A stretch of 64,000 bases of DNA, from the NCBI GenBank assembly GCA_010909165.1, contig MU008173.1, positions 682,001 to 746,000 of the forward strand. The letters are read 5' to 3'. The stretch is from Anthoceros angustus. Taxonomy: Eukaryota > Plantae > Anthocerotophyta. The first letter of the stretch is position 1, and every line of letters starts with the position of its first letter. Shown here one piece after another: positions 11,875-22,499 of this stretch. A program made the position numbers and the translations under genes. The notes below the pieces were generated by a model. The model did not search any database. It was not told the origin of the DNA and saw nothing but the letters and a program-made list of their open reading frames with translations.

Positions 11875-12627
11875 TTTAACAAGAGATGTTTGACAATTTA
11901 TCACGAGGTGTAAAAGATAAGATGACTGCATTAAAGTGGTCTATTAACTACTAGTGGACCCTAGGTGCAAGTATCTCAATATTACACCAAACAATAAGCA
12001 ATCCATATAATACGCATAGTGAACATATGAAGTAGCGCTGTTTTAGCCACCTTTTGGCATTACAGGATGCTAGTGGGTTGAAAGACCGAGTTTTATAGCA
12101 TTCTAGGATCCATAGATGTAAAAGGTGTAATACTTTTTTTTTCGCGTAAAAAGGCATACCATTTTTGACACACAGTTTGATGAGAGCATCTACTTTACTT
12201 AAGGAAGAGGTGATAATAAATTAAATATAAAATTAATAATAATATCTAGAGCTTAACGTGCAAGGTAAAGTATGGCGTAGTGTATCCCACCATTGTAGCA
12301 CAACTAACATTGAGCAGTTGATTGACCTTATGACGACATGCATCTCCCTTGTTTTGTGTAAGAGGGTGCACTTTTGTGAACAGCTTTGCAACGTGCAACT
12401 GGCAGGCTGCTTGTTGACAGCCTGTACGACACCTTTCGAGGAGGCGGTTGATTGGGTTGGAGAAAGCTAGAGAATCCAGGGACCAGGTCTGGTTCATTAT
12501 CCTCTTGTTGAGCTCGGCGAAGCTTTACCCACTAGGAGACAACTGTTCCGCTAACTGCTTCCGTCTCTCATCACTGCAAACTGTTGAAGCTTCAGCTGGA
12601 GAGACACCGTGCAGACAGAATTCGGAG

Positions 12628-13394
12628 ATGGCAGTGGAATTTCTGTCGAAAGCGGTCCCCATCTTCGTAGTTGGTGTGGCTTCTGCTTTTGGGATTTTGA
12701 AAGTTATTGAGGGCTCCAAGAAACAGGGGGCTTCTTCGATTATTCAGGAGTTCAACGACAGAAAGGTTGTTCCAGCTGCCCTTGCTGTCTGGCTACTGTT
12801 CAGGTCCACATTCTGTACAGGCTAGATCACACGTTGTGTCTGTATGTTGTGCTACGGTTGCGGACTCAAGCCAAGCTGACCGTCGGGATTCGCAGGACAA
12901 ACTTTTGGCCGATATCGAGGAGGAGAGGGCGGTGCTACAGCAAAAGGTGACAGAAGTCTATGACTCTCTTGACAGGGATCTTCAGGTGAAGCTTAATTTT
13001 GAGCATTGTATGGCCAGAGCAAGCATTGTTTGTCTTGATTGCTAATGCATGGCCTGGAATTGAGGGGTATGGCCGGTGGGTAACGTTTGCAGACTTTGTT
13101 ACAAAATTGGAATGAAGAGGCAGTGAGGAACAACCCGGATCAAGCCAAACAAATCCTGGATGAGCTGGCCAAAATAGGTGATTCAGAAGTACTTCCGTTT
13201 CGTAACTTGGCATTTCCCTTCTTGCCTGCATAATGTACGGGGAGGCCAAATTCCAATCCGCTGTGTCGTGTGCAGAATTTCCTGGCGCAGACAAAGTGAA
13301 ACTAGCTGCTGACTGGGTTGGCACAAATCTTCTAACTCCAGCAGTCACTTTTTTGGGCGAAGAAGCATGCAAGCTACTGCGACCAACCAAGTAA
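12628..13394 (+). CDS. Second DREPP-family gene with N-terminal hydrophobic segment and no C-terminal tail; exons 12628-12765, 12896-12985, 13093-13177, 13276-13394 (~143 aa)
   Basis: Translation MAVEFLSKAVPIFVVGVASAFGILKVIEGSKKQGASSIIQEFNDRK|DKLLADIEEERAVLQQKVTEVYDSLDRDLQ|TLLQNWNEEAVRNNPDQAKQILDELAKI|EFPGADKVKLAADWVGTNLLTPAVTFLGEEACKLLRPTK*. Internal exons are 90 and 85 nt with phases 0/0/1, exactly as in the gene at 5439. The first donor (GTTGTT) is weak. Confidence 0.8.
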
Positions 13395-14177
13395 TCCCCC
13401 ACTTCTGGCACCCATCTCTTGAAGTAGGAAGTCCCAAAAGGTGCTTGCCGAGTGTGTCGGACGTGAGGCTTTTCAATCCATATTTGACAGGATTTTGCAT
13501 GGCAGGACGACCGCTTCATCACCTCCGCCTAGCATCATCCTCAAAGACGAAGAGTGAAACTTGGAATCACACATTGTTGCCTTACATACAAGCATAGGGC
13601 TGTCCTGACCAGACTCGTGTGTGCCTTCGAGAAGACGCGTACGGAAGGATGCCCACGCACCTGCATTGAGAAAACCTGGCTTAATACATGCGCTCAATGG
13701 ATTACAGTTACAGCAGTGAACATAACCAGGGACCAGAAGGTGGGAAAAGCAGATCCCAAAATGTGTCACACAACAGAAAAGCACACCACTGGCACAAAGA
13801 ATGGCTAAAAATCGCCTGCTTGAGAATCTGGAAGCTCAACCACGAAACCCTGATCCAGGGACACAGCAATGGGAACGCTAAAGGAGACAGAGTAGGGCAA
13901 AGTTTAGAGAGATTTCACTCCTTTCTCAAAATCTTGTTCGCCCAAGCTTCCGGGATTCATGTGTCCCAGCAAGGATGGAGTGACGGTGCGGAGAATCAGC
14001 TGAAAGCTTTCAGCGTAAGTGCGAAAGCATTCTCACCCAAACGCTTTGTTGCTGAGTTTCCTGAGAAGATGGTGGTGAGATCCCAATTGTTGGACGTTGT
14101 TGTGATAGTGGGAGGGGGCAATGAGACCGTCGCTCGGTGCTACCCCGGATGCCTGCTCTTCTTCAAGATTGGCGCAC

Positions 14178-15292
14178 ATGGCGACAGCTCCCGTGTTGGC
14201 CCACTGGGCGTTCGCTTCGCTGAGGCCATCACCGTTCCCTTTCTCTGCTCAGCAGCCTGTGCAGGTGCAGGGTGGCAGCTGCCCCTCCTATCCGTCATCA
14301 CTGCTGCCATGCCGGTGCGCTGTGGACTCATCTTCACCAGCCGAATCCAGCCAGGCAGGCAGCGGGAAGGGCCGCAGCCCCAACAGGGGAGGAGCGAGCG
14401 GGAACGAGCCCTTCAGAGACACCAGGATCCACTGGGGAGACTCCGACGACGGCTGGCTCGGGATAGAGGATGGAGCAGCTGGCTTTGCTCCCCCTCCCCC
14501 GGGATCTGCCTCTTCCGCAGACACCTCCGGCCGGAAATCGGAGTCCGGGCTCAGCGACGCGCTTAGGGACCTGGTGTCGCAGGCACAGGATAGCCACTAC
14601 AGGTTCCCCTAGCCTGTGCCCCTCTTTATTCGGCTTAGCCTCAGGTCGGCAATGCTCTTGGCCAGGCTGCCGCTGTGTGGGCGACAAGGCAAGCCTCCGG
14701 AGGCTGCATTCACACATGTGTGTACATGTGCAGGTTTCTGGGGATTTCCACCAGCGCAGATCTGGACACCATCAAGTCCGCCTTCCGAAGGTTGTCCAAA
14801 CAGTACCACCCGGACACCACCGATCTTCCCCTGGAAATCGCTGCCCAGAAATTCATGCAACTCAAGGAAGCCTACACAGGTGAAAAAGATCGATGCAGCT
14901 CTCAAACCCTTGTTCAATGTCTCAACCTTTCTCTTTTGTCTGTCTTTCAAAAGCTCTTGTCCTGACCACAAAAAAGCACCATTGGATTACCTTGTGCAGT
15001 GCTGAGCAACGAGAGAGACCGGCTGTACTACGACTGGAAGCTTGCCCAGAAGGTGTCCAGAGAACAGGTGCAGGGGAACAGCAACTGGGCGTACAATGCT
15101 GATCGGGATCAAATTGGGGTTGCCTCGCGGCCTCCCAGGCAAGAAAGGTATGTGGAGCCGGTGGATGCCCTCTCAGGCGATAACCTACCTCTCAGCGACC
15201 AGGCTCAAACAGCCCTAGTCTTCGATCTCTTCGCACTTCTGGTATCATTTGGAGCTGTAATCTACGTCTCCTTTTTCAAGAACCCGCAATAA
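14178..15292 (+). CDS. NdhT: Chloroplast NDH subunit T (J-domain protein CRRJ); exons 14178-14602, 14734-14879, 15000-15292
   Basis: Transit-peptide-like N-terminus, WGDSDDGWLG, a J domain (SHYRFLGIS...IKSAFRRLSKQYHPDTT.LP...FMQLKEAY.VLS...R.YYDW.LAQ), and C-terminal LSDQAQTALVFD plus a TM helix ending KNPQ. The start ATG is inferred. Confidence 0.85.
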
Positions 15293-15400
15293 CAGATCCG
15301 CAGTTCCTGTACCACTTTCTGCGGCAAACATTGCTGCAAGAAGGAAATTTCCTGCCGTACATGGGCCCAACTCCTCCTTCGCCTCCTGCTTCTTGGCGGA

Positions 15401-15480
15401 GGTCGAGAATGTTCGAGAAGGATTCCCAACATGCTCCTTGGAGGATGTCGAGAATGTGGAGGAAGGCTCCCTAACATGCC
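15401..15480 (+). promoter_or_regulatory. Distal heat-shock element array (two ~45-bp units)
   Basis: Perfect aGAAtgTTCgaGAAg at 15406-15420, followed by a degenerate repeat of the same gtcgagaatg...gaagg.tccc.aacatgc unit. nGAAn inverted repeats are the established HSF binding site. Confidence 0.65.
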
Positions 15481-15804
15481 GCTGAGCTTGTGAGCTCCTG
15501 TACGACTTTTTCTCCATTTTTTGCATTGTCAGAAGTTTGAAGAAACCTACGACGAGTTGAGGGTCCTCTTTCAGAACCAGCACAGCAATCCCGAAGGTCA
15601 TGGAAATTCACAGCTTCACGACTTCGCTTGTTCCGTCTTGTTTCAAGGGTTTCGCGTTCAGGTTTAAATGTTTCGGGGTTACTGTAATAGAAGAGCAGTT
15701 TTTTCGTTAATCGTTTTGAAAGAAAAGCGATTCCCGAAAGCAGAGTACCGGAGGTTCGCGAGTCGCACCGAACGGTTGGTTACTCCAGGAGTCCAGAAGC
15801 CAGT

Positions 15805-15885
15805 AGGGAATGTCGAGAATGTTCGAGGGGCTCACTGCGAGAAGGCTCCCGAACCTGCTACCCGGCCGTTTTAAGCTGCGCATCG
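15805..15885 (+). promoter_or_regulatory. Proximal HSEs and TATA-like core of sHSP gene 1
   Basis: GAAtgTTC at 15817-15824, GAAggCTCccGAA at 15841-15853, then ttttaagctgcgcatc. Confidence 0.65.
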
Positions 15886-16002
15886 AGACAGCTATGGCAT
15901 TCTACATGAGCTTCAAGCCCGGAAACATCCTAGCAGCAGAATTCGAGTTTCGGGAACTTGCATTGTACGCAATCTTGTTGTCCGGTGACAAGTCTCGGAT
16001 AG

Positions 16003-16585
16003 ATGGCGTTGGCTCCTTTCTTCTCTCGCTTGGGGAATGACAGTGTCTGGGATCCTCTCGCTTTCGATCGGCTTTGGGACCCCTTCGAGAGCTTCGGACT
16101 GGCGGAGAGGACACCCGCCCGATCTTTCGCCAGGGATGCTTCTGCAGTAGCGAGCACCAGGGTTGATTGGAAGGAAACACCCACGGCTCACGTCTTCAAG
16201 GCCGAATTGCCCGGTAGGTAGACCTGGCACTGTTGCAATGCAATCTCGAGGTCCAATATCGAGGCGGCTTTTGGTGTAGTGAAGATTGTAACGTTGTCCA
16301 TCTCTCGCAGGTTTGAGGAAGGAAGAGGTGAAGGTGGAGGTTGAGGAAGGTAATGTGCTGAAGATAAGCGGAGAGCGCAGCAAAGAGGAGGTGCAGGAGA
16401 CAGACAAGTGGCATCATGTGGAGCGCTCGCACGGCCAATTCCTGCGGAAGTTTCGGCTTCCCAAGAATGTGAAGCTCGATGAGGTGGCAGCCAGTGTGGA
16501 GAATGGTTTGCTCACTGTCACCGTGCCAAAGGTGCAGGAGCAGAAACCTGAAAGTCGAAACATTGAGGTAACATGGAGCGAATGA
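16003..16585 (+). CDS. HSP20: Cytosolic class I small heat-shock protein (HSP17/18), exons 16003-16213, 16311-16585
   Basis: WDPFESF...[21 protein letters not shown]|[22 protein letters not shown]...[18 protein letters not shown]...[11 protein letters not shown] forms an alpha-crystallin domain. One GT-AG intron, phase 1. Confidence 0.95.
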
Positions 16586-16706
16586 GAAAAACAGCAGCAA
16601 AACTTATCAACTTTCGGCACTTTGGACGGTGTTTGCTACCGGGCTTACCAGCTTCTCGAGGGAGACAGTTGAAAACACGCCCCTAGCGTTCTTAGCATAT
16701 GTAGGC

Positions 16707-17003
16707 AATAAGGCTCCTGGGCCTTTAGCTGCTGCTACTGCATAGATGTAGGTGTAATGATGCAGTGAGATGGGATCACTTTTGAAACAATTTTTGGACT
16801 TTTGAATCTCCGGTTCAATGAAAGCTTGTAGCACCTCCCTTTCTTGTGCATAAAAATAAGGTTCTTGGGCCTTTAGCTGCTGCTACTACTACATGGATGT
16901 AGGTGTAATGCACTGAGATGGGATCACTTTTGAAACAATTCTGAGGACTTCTGTAATTCCAATTCAATGCAAACTTGCAGCACCTGCCTTTCATGTGCAC
17001 AAA
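16707..17003. repeat. Diverged 148-bp tandem duplication downstream of sHSP gene 1
   Basis: Units start aataagg(c/t)tc(c/t)tgggcctttagctgctgctact at 16707 and 16855. The copies differ by many substitutions, so the duplication looks old and real. Confidence 0.85.
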
Positions 17004-17213
17004 AACCTTTTTGCAAATTCTTAACCCTGCTAGGAAAGATTCAACTATCACTTGCTTTATGGATAAAAACAAGACGAACGGAGCTATATGTGCACCAATG
17101 GGTATCTTCTCCTCACCCTAGCTTGGTAGTACCGCGTGTCCAGTACGTAACTTGAAAATATTAAAAATCCAGTAATCTAACCGCGTGTCACTCGCAACAC
17201 GATCAGCCCGCTA

Positions 17214-17294
17214 TGTCAGAAATGGGATTCGAACCCATGCCCTTTCGGACCAGTACCTGAAACGGGCGCCTTAGACCAACTCGGCCATCCTGAC
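17214..17294 (-). tRNA. trnL-CAG: tRNA-Leu(CAG)
   Basis: Reverse complement GTCAGGATGGCCGAGTTGGTCTAAGGCGCCCGTTTCAGGTACTGGTCCGAAAGGGCATGGGTTCGAATCCCATTTCTGACA has an acceptor stem, A and B boxes, a long variable arm and anticodon CAG. A T5 run lies ~47 nt downstream. Confidence 0.92.
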
Positions 17295-18009
17295 CGGTGA
17301 TAACCATGTTGACAAGAGACTATTTCAACTCAAGGAGGCTTATGGCAAAGAGTTGGGTTGAACAAACTTTTATCACGGATTCCAGGCAAGGCCATAGACA
17401 TCGTCACCAAAAATCACTACAATGAGAGGTCAGAGCGTCCAACCCGAATTTTACAAACAGACAATTGGACTATTCACACTAAGGCCTCTTTCAAGAATCT
17501 CACATGCATGCCCATCGTTGGGAATGGAGATCATTTTTCCTGCTCTAAACATCCACATGTTCCCTCAATGCCAAGCACATGTGCTCAAAGGTCCGACATG
17601 AAGAAAAGATGCTGAAAAAATCCCAAACTCTATACCGCACGGACAACCACCGCATTTGAATACGTTATCCCTTTTTCTTTTTCTCTTTCTTTTTCTTTTT
17701 TTTGAGAATGTGGAGAATTTATGTGAGAAAAATTATGGTTTGTCCCTTAGGGGTTAACTGTAAGCAATCATAATGGGGCTGCAGCATAATCATAGTGAGA
17801 ATTGGGCTGAAAATTTTGAGGTCATGAGCAGAGGCTTTGCCCGAACAGCGGACTACTACCTGCACAGAAACAGGTACCTACTGGATCTCATCGGTCGCGC
17901 GCAACAATGTCATAAAAACAATCGTGCCATTAAAACGCGGATTCTGGATGTTTCGTTTCAACTGAAAGCAAGAAGGTTCGCGACGGAACCATAACGGTCC
18001 TGTCGCTTC

Positions 18010-18095
18010 CAGCTTCGAGAAGCAGGGAGAAATGTCCGAACAGTCTGTGCGCGAAGGTTCCAGAACATGCTGCCTGGCCTTCTTAAGCTGCGCAT
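18010..18095 (+). promoter_or_regulatory. HSEs and TATA-like core of sHSP gene 2
   Basis: Perfect cGAAggTTCcaGAAc at 18052-18066 and cTTCgaGAAg upstream, then cttaagctgcgcatc. Confidence 0.7.
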
Positions 18096-18249
18096 CTATC
18101 CCACCATGGCATCGTATAGTTCCTTTCATTCCAGGCGACGTTTGTTGGCAGCTGACCCCAAGGCGATTGACAGTTGACAGCTGTGGTGGACTCTCAGCAA
18201 ACTCCCCCTTCTCGCGCAGTCTTGCTGTCAGGTGACGAGTCTCGCATCC

Positions 18250-18855
18250 ATGGCGTTGGCTCCTTTCTTCACACGCGTGAGCAATGACAGTGTCTGGGAG
18301 CCCCTCGCTTTCGATCGGCTGTTGGACCCCTTCGAGCGCTTTGGACGGGCGGAGAGGACTCCCGCTCGCTCTTTCGCAAGGGATGCGTCTGCTGTAGCCA
18401 GCACCAGAGTTGATTGGAAGGAGACACCAACTGCTCACGTCTTCAAGGCTGATTTGCCCGGTAAGCATCCCTGCTGGTGCACATTGCACTTTCTTTGGTT
18501 TCGATGATCCCTGGAGGTGTGGAGGCGCCATTTGGGTGGGTGAAGGTTACGACACGAGGCATGATTCCAACTCTTTGCAGGCTTGAAGAAAGAAGAGGTG
18601 AAGGTAGAAGTTGAGGATGGTAATGTGCTGAAGATCAGCGGCGAGCGCAGCAAGGAAGAGGTGAAGGAGACAGACAAGTGGCACCATGTGGAGCGCACTT
18701 ACGGCCAATTCCTTCGGAAGTTTCGGCTCCCCAAGAACGTGAAGCTCGATCAGGTTGCAGCAAGTGTGGAAAATGGCGTGCTTACGGTCACTGTGCCGAA
18801 GGTCGAGGAGAAGAAACCTGAGGTTCGAAACATTGATGTGACATGGGCCGAATGA
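18250..18855 (+). CDS. HSP20: Cytosolic class I small heat-shock protein, paralog 2; exons 18250-18460, 18581-18855
   Basis: Close paralog of 16003-16585 with the same intron position (DLPG|LKKEEV) and an intact alpha-crystallin domain. Confidence 0.95.
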
Positions 18856-19573
18856 ATCAACAGGCGGCAAGTTGAAGATAACAGATTTGTTTGTAACTAT
18901 CAGCCTCTGGAGAGGGAATGTCTGTCTGCGAACACCCCTCCAACAGGCTTCGGTTTCGTGTGCAACTAACACTGCGTGATGGAGTGGCCAGTGCCGGACT
19001 GCATCAGAGGCCCTTCTGCAGTAAGATGTGCTCTATTGCAAGCAACTTTTGTAAATGTTAAATACTAAATTGCAGTGATGAATTCTTATAACTGTGTTTT
19101 CCATCCAACTTTCTGTCCTCTACTGTTCCAAAGCAGGCCCTTCCTTCCGATTTATATTCTCATTTCCCTTCTTCCTACCTAGTGCCCTGCAATCAGCTCA
19201 TGCAATAGCTGTGCAAGAAAAACTGCAAAGTCAGGCAGCATGTTTGAGAGTCTTCTAGCCGGGGCCGGAACCTGGGAGCACAAGACATGCTTCAGAACCA
19301 GCTTCTGGCACCTTCGTTTTCCATCCAAAGTGAGGTTGATATCTAATGAGCTCTGAGTCTGCTTCTGAACGAGCGCAACAATTGGAAATCGCAATAATGT
19401 GAAACGGACAGAGGGTTATTCTTTATTCTGCTTGCCGCTCAACAATTGCAATTCGCTGAAGATGGGGACGGCTTCATAGGTGGTTTGCCGACCAGGCGGA
19501 ACATGCCGACAGACACAAGGCGATCGGGATGGGGATATAAGGGACGTGGTGTGGCCAGCAAGCTTAAGGTGCG

Positions 19574-19873
19574 ATGGCAAAACTTAAGAGTGTACTGTTC
19601 TTGTGTGCGCTGTGTTTGACAAGCATTTCGTGCGCGAGAACGATCGGCCATGGCGTTCAAGCGAGCCGGCCGCCGCCGCATACTTACTCCCCGCCTGCTC
19701 CTGCGCGCGCGCCTGTGCCTTGTGAGGTAGGCACCCGATGCTCCGGCGTGTGCGTCGACATTGAGACAGATTTCAACAACTGCGGAGCCTGCGGCCACCA
19801 ATGCTACAGCCCCCCTCCGGGTACGGTCAGCATCCCCTTCCTGTGCAGCAATGGCGTCTGCAGGCCGGGCTGA
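19574..19873 (+). CDS. Secreted Cys-rich STIG1-like peptide with short Pro-rich linker (99 aa)
   Basis: Signal peptide MAKLKSVLFLCALCLTSISCA, a PPPHTYSPPAP linker, and C-x5-C-x3-CVD-x4-F-NNCGACG-x2-C...C-x-NG-x-C of STIG1 type. A TATA box (gatataagg) lies at ~19534. Confidence 0.75.
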   Translation: MAKLKSVLFLCALCLTSISCARTIGHGVQASRPPPHTYSPPAPARAPVPCEVGTRCSGVCVDIETDFNNCGACGHQCYSPPPGTVSIPFLCSNGVCRPG

Positions 19874-20488
19874 ATGTCCAACAATCGTTGCTTTGATTCG
19901 GACTCTTTTTTTTTTTGTCGGAAAGTAGATTTCAAAATTTTTGAAAACTCGCAAGGCCTTGTAGCGAGTCAGGAAGAGGCTAGTGTGTAAATGCAATTGT
20001 GCATTGGAATGTCGCACTGCCTTTAGTGCATGCATGCAATGTGCATAGATTCTGTAAGAGAGTAGTCGTCACTTCCGTCGAGCTCTGTACTCTCTTTTGA
20101 GCTGGTTCTTATGAAATACGATATGCAGGACTGGTCTTTCAGTAATAATTCCTGTGCTTCGTGCTTTAATCGAATGACATCTAAACGTGAGTGTGATGTC
20201 TGCTCGAAGCATGATCGCTCGGAGTCTCCGGATGGCGATGCCCGTCTCCCACACTCGTTGCAGTTTTACACACGATGTGGTGAGTCCTGGGACAGTGCGG
20301 AACCTAAAAGAGCCCTTCCTCGGGATGCGATGTTTCGTGGAAACTGCTAGCAAACATGCTTAATTCTCATTCATTGGGTTCAGAATGATAGTTTCAGTTG
20401 CAATGCGCATCAACCGCTTGAGGCGCTTGTGTATGGATAAATGGAGGAGGCGGGCACATTGTGGCTGACGATGTTACTTTCTTGCCTT

Positions 20489-22172
20489 CTGAAGGCCTGA
20501 GGAAGTAATGGTGGTTTACAGAAGGGCAGGCAGCTGCATTTACAGACTGTCAAAAGAGGACTGCTGGATAACAATGTGGTGACATGGAATGCCGTGATAG
20601 CTGGGTATGGTAGTTGGGGTGATGGTCAGGGGGCACTAGCTTGTTTTGTTGAGGCGAGAGTAGTTGCCGGAATTCCGCGTGAAGGCGTAAATTTACTTGC
20701 CTTCTATTACTAGTAGCATGCGGTCACAAGGGACTGTGAGCACTTAAGCTTTTCACTGCGGAAGTGTGCAAGATGTTTGCGCGTTTGCGTCATACACAGC
20801 AGTATCTGAGCATTCTGTCATAGGCTGTTGTTAGACTTCCGACAGTGGTCCCTGAAAGATGGCCACAGTGTAGCAGCCGGACCCATTGTGGACCCAACAA
20901 TTTGGTGTGTGTGATCCTACGAGGAGCTCCCGCCCACCCCATCTTAGGGAGTCAACCTCTGGCAAACAAAGCCTCCAGGTGCAGCAGTGTCAATCTGGCA
21001 AGCGTGCAGGGTCGGAAATGCGCGTCTCTATGGCTGACACCGTGAGCACGCTACGTCAGCAGGGGAAGCTTTTTGAAACCGGTGGAGCCCTGGAATCTCC
21101 TGCGCAGACAGGCTGTGCTATCTCCCATTCTCTGGGAAATGGGCGTCGCTACGGCTGTAACCGGGAGCATGTTATGTCTGCAGGGGGAGCTTTCTGAGTC
21201 TGTTGGACCCCTGGCGCAGACACGCGATTCCCGGTCTCTGTTTTGCTCTGTGCTGAAACTGTGTACAGCTAGGTTGTGGGTTGACGACTTCTTGATCTCA
21301 CTGTTAAACTCGGGTACGAGTCGAATGCATACTTGGGGAACCATATCTTGCGCATGGATCATGTCGAGGTAGTCGGCAGGAGGCCATGCATGTATTTTCC
21401 AGGGTGGGCAAACCAAATGCCTTCATGTGGTCCTCCATAATCTCTGCATATGCTAAGCATGGGAAACCTTAGGAGGCCATACAACTGACCAGGCCATGCA
21501 ACTGTACCATGGGATGCGTAGGTCAGGAGGGAAGGCGGATGCTCAAGTCTTTGAAGCTGCCCTTCAAGCATGTGCATTTGCCGCCGACTTGGAATCTGGC
21601 AGAAAAGTGCACTATGATGTGTTGCACACAATCCTACTGACTTGTTTGTTGGCAACTGCCTGATGGACATGAATGCGAAATGTGGCGAACTGAAATAGGC
21701 ATGGCAGGTTTTTGACAGACATGGAATGCCCTGATATCTGCAAAAGGTGCACTGAAAGACGCACGACAGTTTTGGACAGTATGAACCCAAAGGATGTGGT
21801 GATAGCTGGGTATGCCCAGCAAGGGCTCGGACATGAGGCACTTGTTCTGTATGGACAAATGGAGCAGGAGGGCCTGCTTTTGGCTAGCGTTTTACTTTCT
21901 CTTGTCTTCTGAAGGCCTGTGCCAGCACTGGTGCCTTACAGAAAGGCAGTCAACTGCACTCACAGATTGTCAAAAGAGGACTGCTGGATGACGTAGTGTT
22001 GGGCGACTGCCTGATGAACGTGAATGCAAAATGTGGTGAACTGAAAGATGCACGCCAGGTTTTTGACAGCTTGGCCACAAAGAATGTGGTGACATGGAAC
22101 GCCCTGATTACTGGGTATGCACAGCAAGGACTCGGCCAAGAAGCGGTTGTTGTGTATGGACAAATGGAGGAG
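20489..22172 (+). pseudogene. Fragmented PLS-class pentatricopeptide-repeat gene relic
   Basis: P/L/S motif pieces: LKA...LQKGRQLH...VKRGLL...NVVTWNAVIAGY (20489-20610), and VIAGYAQQGLGHEAL.LY.QM..EGL, LLKACASTGALQKGSQLHSQIVKRGL...CLMNVNAKCGELKDARQVFDSL...NVVTWNALITGYAQQG (21640-22170). Stops, frameshifts and deletions are present, and the relic ends abruptly at ~22172. Confidence 0.85.
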
Positions 22173-22499
22173 CTTGTAGCTGTGGCACGGAACCCCCGAG
22201 GTCATGGGGGCATGGCGGGCATGTCATATCTGTTTGTTCTTGAAAGGCTTCAAGGAGAGCATGATAGATTGCTGGTGAATCTTGACACTATGGAGCCTGT
22301 TGCTGATGATGCTCTTGAGCTGGATAAATACAGCTCTAGACGGTGGGACACATTTGCAGCTGTTTCCCTCCCAGGACAGTCAGGTGATTGCAAGCATTCT
22401 GCGGTCTCTGAAGGCCACATTTGTGGAGGTCCAGAAGACTGGGGCGGATGAGGCTACCTGGCATGCCAAGTTTGAAAGTATGGCACAGGCATATACTCG

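Noticed and set aside
13688-14566. 292-aa ORF upstream of and overlapping NdhT
   Set aside because: It has no recognisable motifs and overlaps the true NdhT exon 1 in another frame.
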